In this document: positions 32,131 through 41,018 of the stretch, piece by piece
How the letters are laid out: each line of letters starts with the position of its first letter
Position numbering within the stretch: the first letter of the stretch is position 1
Origin: Candidatus Uhrbacteria bacterium
GTDB taxonomy: Bacteria > Patescibacteriota > Patescibacteriia > UBA9934 > GWF2-40-263
NCBI GenBank assembly: GCA_037131775.1
Contig: JBAXQK010000002.1
Coordinates: 87,493 to 151,492, forward strand
DNA: 64,000 bases
Reading direction: 5' to 3'
Position numbers and translations under genes: made by a program
The notes under the pieces: generated by a model
Told to the model about the DNA's origin: nothing
Seen by the model: only the letters and a program-made list of their open reading frames with translations
Databases searched by the model: none

Positions 32131-32802
32131 CTAGCGGACCGTGCCGGTCAGCATGACGTAACAGCGGGGCGGGTCGAAGCGACCTTCCCAGTCGGTCTGG
32201 TTCGCAAGGCCGAGGCGAACCAGGCTCGCCGGGCACACGGAGCCGGATGGCATGGTGCTGCCTCGAATCTTCGCGAGGAAGATCTCCGATTTGACCTTGC
32301 AGACCAGCCTTCCCTCTCCTGGAACGAGAACCTCCGCGTACTCGTCGTCCCCGACCGTCAGCTTCTCGCAGGGAACGTACCCGACGGAACGCGGATGCGA
32401 GACGAATCCGTACGCGAATGCCTTGTCGTTGTCCTGACGGAAGACGTTCGGGAACAGGAGTTGGACGGTCTCGAACGTGAACGCGGCGGTGTACCGGCGA
32501 ATCGTCGGTTCGTTCGCCATTCCAAGGAACCTGATCGAGGCCAGGTCGACCAGGCGATCCTCCGGGTGCGTGATGCGTGGGTTGGAACGGACGGGTTCCG
32601 GCATCCGGATGATCCGGCCGGGCCTCCAGAGATTTCGGACCGACTCGCCTGCGACCCCGAAGAGACTCGGGTGCAGGTGCGTTCCCACCGATGAGAGCAC
32701 GCGTACCTGTTCCCAGGATCCGCCGCGCTCGATTGCCGCGCACCCGCAGAATGCTCCGCCCGACATCTCCGTCCTTGAAAGCACGACGGCGGTCACGCTC
32801 AT
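32131..32802 (-). CDS. dual OB-fold domain protein
   Basis: VLSRTEMSGGAFCG, HPED, VRLGLA...CYVMLTG; ATGA-coupled to the DUF488 gene. Confidence 0.65.
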   Translation of the reverse strand: MSVTAVVLSRTEMSGGAFCGCAAIERGGSWEQVRVLSSVGTHLHPSLFGVAGESVRNLWRPGRIIRMPEPVRSNPRITHPEDRLVDLASIRFLGMANEPTIRRYTAAFTFETVQLLFPNVFRQDNDKAFAYGFVSHPRSVGYVPCEKLTVGDDEYAEVLVPGEGRLVCKVKSEIFLAKIRGSTMPSGSVCPASLVRLGLANQTDWEGRFDPPRCYVMLTGTVR

Positions 32803-33485
32803 GACGCCCTCCGGCCCGGCATGCGGGACGCGGGAATGTCCGCGCTCGGGATGGGCTCGAGGAGGTAGCGCCGCGGACTCTTGAGCGACGGCGCGATCCC
32901 CCCGACATTCTCGGGACTGAGGTGCGCGACCATGACTCCGTCCACGTGCTTCGCGATCATCCCGAGCAGCACGCGCCGATGGCAGTCCTCGTCGTGCTGG
33001 CACGCGCAGAGGAACGCGATGCGCTCGTGCGGGCCGTATAGGAGCTCGCGCAGGGGCGATCCTTCTCGCAGCACCTTCCGATCGGTCGAGAGAAGTCTCG
33101 CATACCCCTTCAGGAACGCCGTCCAGGCGACGGCGCGCTCCTCGCGGGCAGCCGATTTTCCGTCCGCGACCTTGTGATACGCCGCGCGGAGGTCGGCCGT
33201 CGGAGCAAGCTCCGCGATGTGCGCATAGCCGACGTCGTGCCGTTCGCAGGCGTAGGCGATGTCGTCGCCATGCGCGAACCGCGCGTCTCGATACGTCGTG
33301 GTCTGCCGCGTGTCCACGAGCATCGTGACGCGCTCCGCCTCAAGCGTCCCGAAGAAGTGCCGCGCGCTCATCCCGCAGCTGATCCCGCACACCGTGGTGA
33401 GCGAGGACGGCCGCGGGAGTCGCACCCGGGCCGAGTCGGTCGTTGGGACGGGCGTCCCGAATGCAATTCCAAGCTGTTCCGGCAT
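32799..33485 (-). CDS. DUF488 family protein
   Basis: LVDTR, ELAPTADLR, AFLCAC....CHRRVL. Confidence 0.8.
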   Translation of the reverse strand: MPEQLGIAFGTPVPTTDSARVRLPRPSSLTTVCGISCGMSARHFFGTLEAERVTMLVDTRQTTTYRDARFAHGDDIAYACERHDVGYAHIAELAPTADLRAAYHKVADGKSAAREERAVAWTAFLKGYARLLSTDRKVLREGSPLRELLYGPHERIAFLCACQHDEDCHRRVLLGMIAKHVDGVMVAHLSPENVGGIAPSLKSPRRYLLEPIPSADIPASRMPGRRAS

Positions 33486-33571
33486 GAGAGCCCTCCGTTG
33501 CTGGGCACGCGAACGGTAGCCGAAAACGGCCGCCCCGTCAACGGGAGCGGCCGGTCCTCCTCGAAATGCGA

Positions 33572-33889
33572 TTACCGCTCCACCGGATACCCCGCCGCCG
33601 CCCATGCCGTCACGCCGCCCTCGACGCTCGACGCGTCCGGCAGGCCGATCTCGCTCAGCCGCGCGCAGACCCGCCCGCTGCGCCCGCCGGTCAGGCAGTG
33701 GACGTACACGTGGTCGTACGCGCGCAGCGCCTCCTCGTAAATCGCCAGGCCGCCGATTGGTCGGTTGATGGCCGACGGAATGTGCCCTTCGGCGTATTCG
33801 TCCGGCGATCGGACGTCGATCAGGATGCTCTTCCCCGGCGCCGGATTCTCAAGGCGTTCCTTCAGTTCCTGGACGGTAATGGTTTTCAT
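33572..33889 (-). CDS. rhodanese-like sulfurtransferase
   Basis: [30 protein letters not shown]. Confidence 0.93.
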   Translation of the reverse strand: MKTITVQELKERLENPAPGKSILIDVRSPDEYAEGHIPSAINRPIGGLAIYEEALRAYDHVYVHCLTGGRSGRVCARLSEIGLPDASSVEGGVTAWAAAGYPVER

Positions 33890-34551
33890 ACGGTTGAGAT
33901 GAATTGTTCTTTCTCCTCCCTCGACAGCCTCTTCAGCGAAACCTCAAGCTTCCTTGCGGTCGTCCCGTCCTTCGTTTTCTTCGACCACACGATTTCGACG
34001 GGTCCGCGTCCCCGCGTATACTTCGCCCCCGTCCCGCCGTTGTGCGCCGCGAGGCGACGGTCAAGATCCGTCGTGATCCCCGTGTACAATGTCCCGTCGA
34101 CGCATCGAAGGACATACACGAACCATGGGCGCGGCGACGCCGTCGACGCAAGGTGCGCGCGGATCTTTTCCAGCCACTTCTCCCGCGTCCGCTTTCGCAT
34201 CAGCTCGCCCTCCCAGACTTTCAAGACGCTCCACCCTGCCTTTCTCAGCGCCGCCCGCGACGCCCGGTCACGCTTCATATTCCGCTCGATCTTCGCGCGC
34301 CACCAGTCGTTCAGCTTCGGCAGTCGCGTCGCCGCGTTCCGACCGTGCCAAAAGTCGCCGTCGAGAAAGATCGCCACCTTCCGCGATGGAATCGCCACGT
34401 CGGGACAACCGACGACCCGATCGTAATGCCGCTGAAAATAAATCTTCTCCTTCCGCAAAAACGAAAACACCACGCGCTCGACCGTGGTGTTCTTCGAGCG
34501 GATCTTTGACATGACGTCGCTGCGCTTTTCCTTGGAGAAGATGTCGGGCAT
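33886..34551 (-). CDS. Vsr endonuclease fused to a GIY-YIG nuclease
   Basis: [23 protein letters not shown], then [35 protein letters not shown]. Confidence 0.88.
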   Translation of the reverse strand: MPDIFSKEKRSDVMSKIRSKNTTVERVVFSFLRKEKIYFQRHYDRVVGCPDVAIPSRKVAIFLDGDFWHGRNAATRLPKLNDWWRAKIERNMKRDRASRAALRKAGWSVLKVWEGELMRKRTREKWLEKIRAHLASTASPRPWFVYVLRCVDGTLYTGITTDLDRRLAAHNGGTGAKYTRGRGPVEIVWSKKTKDGTTARKLEVSLKRLSREEKEQFISTV

Positions 34552-34560
34552 GAGTCACGA

Positions 34561-35019
34561 TTACTCCGAGATGTCGACGATCTCCGGGTTCTCAATCCTC
34601 AGATAGTCCGCGTACGGCATCGACACGGAATCCGTGAGCGAGCCCGCGTTAAAGTGGATCGTCTCGTTTTCCGCGAGACGCGCGTCGCAGTAGGTCTTGA
34701 GCCCGATCACGGAGCCGAGCGGCGGGACGCTTCCGCGGACGCAGCCGGTGACCGTTTCCGGGTCCTGCGCGAACGATACGGCCTCGCCGACGATCGCCTT
34801 TGCCTTCTTGGCGTCGAACCGCAGATCCGCCGGGATCACGAACAACCAGTGCGTCCCCGTTTTCTTTCCGTGGATCACAAGAGCCTTCGCCCCCGCGTGC
34901 ATGCTCACGCCCCGCACGCGCGACGCGTCCTCGCTCGTGACGGTCGGCTCATGGTGCTCGGTGGTGTACTTGGCTTCGTTCGTATTTAGCAGTTCGATGA
35001 TTTTTTCATAGACGGTCAT
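34561..35019 (-). CDS. YbaK/ProX aminoacyl-tRNA editing domain protein
   Basis: HEPTVTSEDA, AKAL, GSVPPLG, FNAG. Confidence 0.88.
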   Translation of the reverse strand: MTVYEKIIELLNTNEAKYTTEHHEPTVTSEDASRVRGVSMHAGAKALVIHGKKTGTHWLFVIPADLRFDAKKAKAIVGEAVSFAQDPETVTGCVRGSVPPLGSVIGLKTYCDARLAENETIHFNAGSLTDSVSMPYADYLRIENPEIVDISE

Positions 35020-35028
35020 ACCGACCAC

Positions 35029-36072
35029 TTATACCACAACCTCCTCCCACGAGAAACCGGGCTTCCCGAAATGCCCATATGACGCGGTTCCCTGGAACAC
35101 CGGCTCGCGGAGGCGGAGTCGTTCGATGATCGCCGCCGGACGAAAATCGTAGACGCGGGCTAGAGCGGAGATATCGCGGCCGTTCTCATCGCGAGCCGAG
35201 ACCATGAGTGGCTCGGCGCGGCCGATGGCGTATGCGACGGAGACGAGGCACTCGTTGGCGTCGCCGCGCGCGACGATGTTCTTGGCGACGAACCGCGACA
35301 TGTACGCGGCCGAGCGGTCGACCTTCGTCGCGTCCTTTCCGGAGAACGCGCCGCCGCCGTGCGGGATGAACCCGCCGTACGTGTCTACCATAATCTTGCG
35401 CCCGGTCAGCCCCGTGTCCGCGTCGAACCCGCCGCGCACGAACGAGCCGGTAGGGTTCACGAGGATCTCGACGTCGCTTCGCAGGCCGAGCGGACGGACG
35501 AGACGGTCGACGATCGTCCGTCGAATCTCGTCCTGACCCACGTCCGCCGCGTGCTGCGTGCTCACGAGCACGGTTCGCACCTCGCCGTTCTCGACGGTCA
35601 CCTGCCCCTTCCCGTCCGGACGCAGCCAGAGCACACCGCCGTCGCGTCGCAACGCCTCGAGTCCGCGCGTTAACGCATGCGCCGCCACCACCCCGCGCTG
35701 CAAAAACTCCGGCGTCTCGTTGGTCGCGTACCCGTACATGATCCCCTGGTCGCCCGCGCCGCCCGTGTCCACGCCCATCGCGATGTCCGGCGACTGCGAC
35801 ACGACGCTCACGATCACGCGCGCCGGCTCGTCGTACCCGATCGCCCTGATCGTCGCCCGCGCGATCGCCTCGTAGTCGACGACCGCGGCGGTCGTCACTT
35901 CCCCGCCGACGACGAACAGCCCCGCCGCGCCGAAGCACTCGACGGCCACGCGGCTCCTCGGATCCTGCCGAAGGCACGCGTCCAGCACCGCGTCGCTCAC
36001 CTGGTCGCACACCTTGTCGGGATGACCGCTCGTGACGGACTCGACGGAATAGAGATTCGGAATGTGGCTCAT
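35029..36072 (-). CDS. metK: methionine adenosyltransferase
   Basis: ESVTSGHPDK, GAGDQG, GGGAFSGKD. Confidence 0.97.
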   Translation of the reverse strand: MSHIPNLYSVESVTSGHPDKVCDQVSDAVLDACLRQDPRSRVAVECFGAAGLFVVGGEVTTAAVVDYEAIARATIRAIGYDEPARVIVSVVSQSPDIAMGVDTGGAGDQGIMYGYATNETPEFLQRGVVAAHALTRGLEALRRDGGVLWLRPDGKGQVTVENGEVRTVLVSTQHAADVGQDEIRRTIVDRLVRPLGLRSDVEILVNPTGSFVRGGFDADTGLTGRKIMVDTYGGFIPHGGGAFSGKDATKVDRSAAYMSRFVAKNIVARGDANECLVSVAYAIGRAEPLMVSARDENGRDISALARVYDFRPAAIIERLRLREPVFQGTASYGHFGKPGFSWEEVVV

Positions 36073-36111
36073 AACGAAAACGCGCTCCCAAAAAGGGAGC
36101 GAATAAAATAA

Positions 36112-36216
36112 ATTATCTTTCCCCGACGCGGGCGAGAATTGGCACCGGTTTCGACGACGCGTCGAATGGTTGCCGGCAGGTCACAGGGCTCGTTCCCTCG
36201 CTGCGCTCTGGATAGG
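36112..36216 (-). promoter_or_regulatory. SAM-I (S-box) riboswitch
   Basis: Minus strand reads ctatccagag..gaggga..gccctgtga.ctgccggcaacc...ggtgccaattc...gaaagataat, directly upstream of metK; terminator-like hairpin at 36082-36101. Confidence 0.88.
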
Positions 36217-36301
36217 ATCGATTGTACGCACGCGCATGATACCACGCCCGTTGACAATTCGTCCACGAGGCGATACTCTCCCGGCGCACATGGGATTCAG
36301 C

Positions 36302-36763
36302 ATGAACGTCCTACTCATCGTCTCCGCCCTCGACCTGACCAATCTTTTCGGCGAAAGCTCTTCGCTTCGAAGCGAAGGCGTCCTGGATGCCGTTCGCGGC
36401 CTTGCCACCGCGGTCAACGACTCGGACGGGATCCTGATCGCCGTCGAGAACCAGAACGTCATCCAAGCCATCACTCCGCACCTTCTTCCCTCGCGACTGC
36501 GCATCATCCAGCGCGGTGCCGAGCCGGTACTCGCGAACGTTTCCGTCGCGGTGCTGATCGGAGGCGGAACGGAGGAGATCGTCCTCGCCCGTCGCATCCG
36601 AAACGCGCGCATCCGTGTCATCCCCGTCGCGTCCACCGGCCTCGCCCCGATCGACCTGCTCGTCGAGATGGAGACGAACGACGAGATCAGCAAACCGAAT
36701 GTGGTCGAGCTCCTCTCGAACACCGACTACCCCGCGCTTTTCAAGCGACTCCTGTCGTCGTAA
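36302..36763 (+). CDS. SLOG-superfamily domain protein
   Basis: AVLIGGG.EE...VIPVASTG motif. Confidence 0.55.
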   Translation: MNVLLIVSALDLTNLFGESSSLRSEGVLDAVRGLATAVNDSDGILIAVENQNVIQAITPHLLPSRLRIIQRGAEPVLANVSVAVLIGGGTEEIVLARRIRNARIRVIPVASTGLAPIDLLVEMETNDEISKPNVVELLSNTDYPALFKRLLSS

Positions 36764-36882
36764 CCCGACGGCTTTTTTTCTTTTCCGCGCGCGGACATTC
36801 CTGAGACATGGGATAATCGAATTCATTTGACGTGGGGGGGCAAGGCCACATGATAACCTCCACCAGCCTTAAGGAGGCTTCC

Positions 36883-37179
36883 GTGAAAAAATCAGTCGTG
36901 TTCTTCGTTTTCTTCTTCGCCACGTTCTTCGGAATCGGCCAGCACGCCCTGGCTTCGGGGGTGTGTCAGATTCAGGTGTCGTGCCGCCACCTCGTCGCCT
37001 GCGTCCACCCCGTCACGACGACGACGACGATCGTCGCGTGCCAGCACTACGTGACGACGCAGTACGGCACAACGGTCGCGCACCCTTCTGGTGACATCGT
37101 CACGCACACGGTACCCATGCATCCCGGCGGAGATTTTCTCCACTCCTACGACCTGGAAAACGTCGACTGCGGGTACTAG
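36883..37179 (+). CDS. small secreted His/Cys-rich protein
   Basis: AAGGAGG RBS, signal peptide, CRH/CVHP/CQH and HPSGD/HPGGD repeats. Confidence 0.65.
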   Translation: MKKSVVFFVFFFATFFGIGQHALASGVCQIQVSCRHLVACVHPVTTTTTIVACQHYVTTQYGTTVAHPSGDIVTHTVPMHPGGDFLHSYDLENVDCGY

Positions 37180-37366
37180 TCTGTCCCGCGAGACAGATGA
37201 TAGGGCCACCGGCTTCACCAAGACCCTGCGTCGACGTCCCGTTCTCCAAGCGTCTCCTGTCGTCCTGAACCGGACGGCTTTTTTCTTTTCCGTCGATTGA
37301 CATTTTCTCAAATATCCTGTATATTGCTCGGTCTCCCGCACTATCGCGGTAGCAAAGGAGTTCAAG

Positions 37367-37831
37367 GTGGAACAGAGAAACATCGGCGGAAGACGCCCGG
37401 AAGGCCAGCCGGAAGACCTGCTCAGCAACTTCCCGGCGCTCGCGTTCGTCCTCGACGGCATGGAGCTGGCATCGACCGAGGGGTTCATCCAGGGGATCAA
37501 GTTCCCGGAAGGCGACCCTCGACGCGAACAGGCGTTCCGCATGTCGGGCGGAAAGGCAAAGCGGATGGCCCGCGGCGCGGAAGGACGATTCGTGTGGTGG
37601 CAGGGCAAGGAGATCGCCTACGGGTCCTCCGAGCATCACGCCCTTATCGAACGCGCCATCCGCGCGAAGTTCGAGCAGCAGCCGGCAGCGATGCAGACGC
37701 TGCTCGAGACCGAGGGGATGGAACTGATCCACGACCTCGGCACCCCGGAATCGGCGACCACGTCGCTGCCGGCCCGCGTCTTCTGCGCGATCCTCACGAG
37801 GATTCGCCAGGAGCGCCTCGCCCGTCCGTAA
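37367..37831 (+). CDS. NADAR family protein (phage T4 gp30.3-like)
   Basis: LSNF...DG..STEGFIQGIKF...WWQG...AKFEQ...LLET. Confidence 0.75.
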   Translation: MEQRNIGGRRPEGQPEDLLSNFPALAFVLDGMELASTEGFIQGIKFPEGDPRREQAFRMSGGKAKRMARGAEGRFVWWQGKEIAYGSSEHHALIERAIRAKFEQQPAAMQTLLETEGMELIHDLGTPESATTSLPARVFCAILTRIRQERLARP

Positions 37832-37923
37832 CGCAAGTTACGGACGGGCTTTTTCTTACCGAATGAGTTGACACGAAGACGAAATCATGGTAGATTCACG
37901 ATCCTCTAACAAAGAGAGGATCA

Positions 37924-38298
37924 ATGAAGAACGCTCGTTTCAACGGCCGCAACGGCTTCTCGCTCGTCGAACTCATGATCGTGGTCGCGATCGTCGGGAT
38001 CCTCGCCGCGATCGTCATCGGCGGATTCTGCCTCTGGGCTTGGAGCAAGGCCTCCGTGGACGTCATCGGCTCGAACCGCGCCTACGACGCGGTCGGCGCC
38101 GCGCAGTACTCCAACCCGGAGCTCGTGATGACCTACGACGACGAGTCCGCCCACTGCCGCGCCGCAGACGACGTGGTCGCCTACCAAATGCGGGCCACGG
38201 ACAAGAGCGGCGCGCGGCAGGATCTCACGGTCTGCTGCGGCTCGGCCCTGTCGACGAAGCCCTGCTCGATCACGCTCGATCCGACACGGGCGGAGTGA
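37924..38298 (+). CDS. prepilin-type N-terminal methylation domain protein
   Basis: G^FSLVELMIVVAIVGILAAI. Confidence 0.88.
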   Translation: MKNARFNGRNGFSLVELMIVVAIVGILAAIVIGGFCLWAWSKASVDVIGSNRAYDAVGAAQYSNPELVMTYDDESAHCRAADDVVAYQMRATDKSGARQDLTVCCGSALSTKPCSITLDPTRAE

Positions 38299-38507
38299 TG
38301 AAGATCACCGCCGGCACGCTGACCGTCGTCTGCGCCAAAGACGGGTGCGGACACAAAAACGTCCTCCACGACGTGAAGGACGCGAAGACCGTCGTCTGCG
38401 AGAAGTGCCATGGCACGATCGCGCTTCCCGCGAGCCCCGTCGGCGTCATCACCGCCGGCAACGTGACGATCATCTCGGGCAACGTCAAGGACTTCTCGTT
38501 CGACTAG
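38298..38507 (+). CDS. small zinc-ribbon protein
   Basis: CAKDGC...CEKC; TGATG coupling to the pilin gene. Confidence 0.6.
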   Translation: MKITAGTLTVVCAKDGCGHKNVLHDVKDAKTVVCEKCHGTIALPASPVGVITAGNVTIISGNVKDFSFD

Positions 38508-38540
38508 CCCGCTCCCAGCCTTCTTGGCTGGATTTTTCTT

Positions 38541-38876
38541 TTACGCCGCGTTCCGCTCCGCCAGATACGCCCTTCCTTTCGCAAGCGCCTTCTTTTCCAG
38601 CGCGACCTCGAGATCGATTTTTAACATCGACGCGAGATGCAGCACGGTTACCGCCACGTCCGCGATCTCAGCCGCGAGGTTCGCCTGCGCCGTCTCCGGA
38701 TCCACGCGCTTCTCCGCGCGGCACAGGTTCCGGCTCACGGTCAGCGCTTCCGCGAACTCGCCGGTTTCTTCCATGAGCTTGAGAACGAGGAGATCGACGC
38801 TCAGCGGGATGCCATGCTTTTTCGAATAACGTTCCGCGTTGGCATCGACGAGGCGTTGGATTTCGGAGAGGTCCAT
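38541..38876 (-). CDS. MazG-like nucleotide pyrophosphohydrolase
   Basis: KLMEETGEFAEA...EIADV. Confidence 0.85.
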   Translation of the reverse strand: MDLSEIQRLVDANAERYSKKHGIPLSVDLLVLKLMEETGEFAEALTVSRNLCRAEKRVDPETAQANLAAEIADVAVTVLHLASMLKIDLEVALEKKALAKGRAYLAERNAA

Positions 38877-38882
38877 ACGTGA

Positions 38883-39152
38883 TTATTCTTTTTTCGGCGG
38901 CGGGCACGCGTCGCCGATTTTATGGAAGCGATAACAGAACGGACAGCGGGCAAACTTCGTCATGTAACGGCGGAAAAGGATGAACGCAAGGACGAGAACG
39001 CTCGCGACAGGGACGAACGCGATGAGCGTGTCCGAAGCGGAATGGGACGTCTTGTCGATTCCCTGAAAGATCCTGACGGCGACAAAAAGAAGGTTGAGGC
39101 CGACGAGCCAGGAGATCGCGTTCGTCGTGTCGAATTGTTTTTTCGGTTCCAT
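38883..39152 (-). CDS. hypothetical membrane protein
   Basis: Two TMs and a C-terminal CPFC. Confidence 0.55.
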   Translation of the reverse strand: MEPKKQFDTTNAISWLVGLNLLFVAVRIFQGIDKTSHSASDTLIAFVPVASVLVLAFILFRRYMTKFARCPFCYRFHKIGDACPPPKKE

Positions 39153-39163
39153 AGGGGCGAGAC

Positions 39164-39859
39164 CTATGCTCGCGTCGCCATAAACGTCGCGACGATGGCG
39201 GCGGTTTCGGCGCGGAGGATTCTTGGGCCGAGGTTGGCGGGGGTGAAGGTGGCGGCGCGCATGAGGTCGAGCTCGGCGGGGTCCCAGCCGCCCTCGGGGC
39301 CGATGAAGAGGCCCGTCGAGCCCGACGGGACTAAAGTCCCTGTGAAGTCAGGCGAGCCGGGCTCGAAGAGAAAGTTCGTCGCGTTCGATTTCGCGTGGAC
39401 GATGGCGAGTCTCAGCGACATAGGCTCGACAATCTCGGGAACGACGCCGCGGCCGCTTTGCTCGCAGGCTTCCGTCGCGATCTTTTGAAGGCGGTCGAGC
39501 TTCACGCCGAGCTTGATCGTGCGCGACGAGATGACGGGGATGATCGCGGCGACTCCGCACTCGACGGCCTTCTGGACGACGAGTTCGAAGTTCTCGCGCT
39601 TGAGCACGGCGCAGTAGAGCGTGACTTTGGTTGCGCTCTCGGTGTCGACGGCGCGACGGTCGATGATCTTCGCGACGATCGTCTTGTCGTCGGACACAAC
39701 CTGCACGGTCGCCTCCATCCCCTTCCCATCGCAGACAATGAACGGGTCTCCCGCCTCCATCCGAAACACGTTCCGAATCTGGTTCGTCGCCTCCCGATCG
39801 GAGATGACGAGTTCGTCGGCGGAGAGGTCGAGGTCGAGAATGAATCGGTGGAGGCGCAT
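39164..39859 (-). CDS. rsmE: 16S rRNA m3U1498 methyltransferase
   Basis: VQKAVECGV, EACEQSGR, IGPEGG, LGPRILRAETA. Confidence 0.95.
   Translation of the reverse strand: MRLHRFILDLDLSADELVISDREATNQIRNVFRMEAGDPFIVCDGKGMEATVQVVSDDKTIVAKIIDRRAVDTESATKVTLYCAVLKRENFELVVQKAVECGVAAIIPVISSRTIKLGVKLDRLQKIATEACEQSGRGVVPEIVEPMSLRLAIVHAKSNATNFLFEPGSPDFTGTLVPSGSTGLFIGPEGGWDPAELDLMRAATFTPANLGPRILRAETAAIVATFMATRA
39321..39346. repeat. RAYT-family REP copy inside rsmE
   Basis: 26-bp exact reverse complement of 27869-27894. Confidence 0.88.
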
Positions 39860-39937
39860 AGTGTATGGATGGTAGCGCAGAAAAGAAAAACGCGCGAATG
39901 GTCGCGCGCAGAGGCCGGAGAATCCGGCAGAGGACGG

Positions 39938-40237
39938 CTACAGGCACTCCCGACGGCCGGTCCCGAACGACGACGCGCCTGCGGCCGATCGACCCGCCAG
40001 GAGCGCGGCGAGAAGCGGCGAAGCCTCGTCTTCGCTCAGGCGAAGCGGCAGGGTTTCGACGGACCCCATGAACGGGTCGTGAACCCACCGCTCCACAAGC
40101 AGCGACACGAAGCCGACGGTCGGCCGCCAGTCCACCCCCACGAGCGTCTCGCCGGGCGGAACGAGGTCCAGGGCGACGGAACGGACGCGCGGATCGAGAT
40201 CGGCGAGCGGAATCCAGGACGGGAGTCGAGCGGACAT
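39938..40237 (-). CDS. hypothetical protein
   Basis: 99-aa ORF with GGAG upstream; lies downstream of the candidate attenuator. Confidence 0.5.
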   Translation of the reverse strand: MSARLPSWIPLADLDPRVRSVALDLVPPGETLVGVDWRPTVGFVSLLVERWVHDPFMGSVETLPLRLSEDEASPLLAALLAGRSAAGASSFGTGRRECL

Positions 40238-40274
40238 GTGTTCTCCGGAGGATGATGGCGTGAAAGCGCTGACC

Positions 40275-40444
40275 AAAAAACCGCCCACGCGGGCGGCTTC
40301 CTGTTTGGATCGTTACGCGCAACGATTACCCACCAAGAACCGCCCGGCCTTGAATAAGGCCGAGAAGGCTGATGATGGAAATAGATACGCGAACGGATGT
40401 CATAGCTTTGATATCAGATTATCGCGGGACGAATTTGATGTCAA
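40275..40444 (-). promoter_or_regulatory. candidate leader-peptide transcription attenuator
   Basis: TTGACA-17-TAATCT promoter, 25-aa I/L/V-rich uORF at 40403-40326, alternative hairpins, GC stem plus U6. Confidence 0.55.
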
Positions 40445-40525
40445 ACGACCAAACAAAGAGCGCGCCCGCGGGGACGACATGGCGCAAACGCGCTCGATGT
40501 CGCCCGCGCGTGACGCGCAGACTCT

Positions 40526-40792
40526 TCAGACGGAGATCGTGTTGCCTCGTGGCCCGTGCATCATCAGCATGACCATGGCACCGTCCTTTCGAACGAGGCC
40601 TCCGAGGGCCTGAACGATGGAGCGGGCGGTACGACCGGTATCATCGGACGGCACATGGGATGTGATGGCCGCACCGTACGGACAGCCAAGCTCGCTCTTG
40701 ATCCGCCGAACGATCTCCTCGTCGTCCGACGACGTGCGAACGATACCTCGTACAGCAGCCTTGATTTCCTCGTCAGATTTCGCACTCCACAT
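40526..40792 (-). CDS. hypothetical protein
   Basis: 88 aa, AGGAG RBS, next to the tRNA 3' end. Confidence 0.55.
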   Translation of the reverse strand: MWSAKSDEEIKAAVRGIVRTSSDDEEIVRRIKSELGCPYGAAITSHVPSDDTGRTARSIVQALGGLVRKDGAMVMLMMHGPRGNTISV

Positions 40793-40910
40793 GAAGACTC
40801 CTGAAGTTGTGAGTGGGAAAAATATATCACAGAATTGACGAAATGTCAATGGATTCAGGCGGATTTCGAAAAAAATACTAACAAAAACGACCGTCAAAGA
40901 CGGTCATTTT

Positions 40911-40986
40911 TGGTCGAGCCAGCGGGACTTGAACCCACGGCCTCTTGCCCCCCAGGCAAGCGCGCTACCAACTGCGCCATGGCTCG
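40911..40986 (-). tRNA. tRNA-Pro(GGG)
   Basis: cgagccatggcgcagttggtagcgcg-cttgc-ctggggg-gcaag...gttcaagtccc...gctcgacca; 76 nt with encoded CCA. Confidence 0.95.
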
Positions 40987-41018
40987 GTATGGCCCGTAGT
41001 GTAGGCGATCCGCCGGGT

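Noticed and set aside
32048-32908. 480-aa version of the CYTH ORF
   Set aside because: The upstream part overlaps the dual-OB gene in another frame; the CYTH motif begins at 32047
40526-40911. Integrative element at tRNA-Pro
   Set aside because: No integrase and no duplicated tRNA 3' end seen in the window
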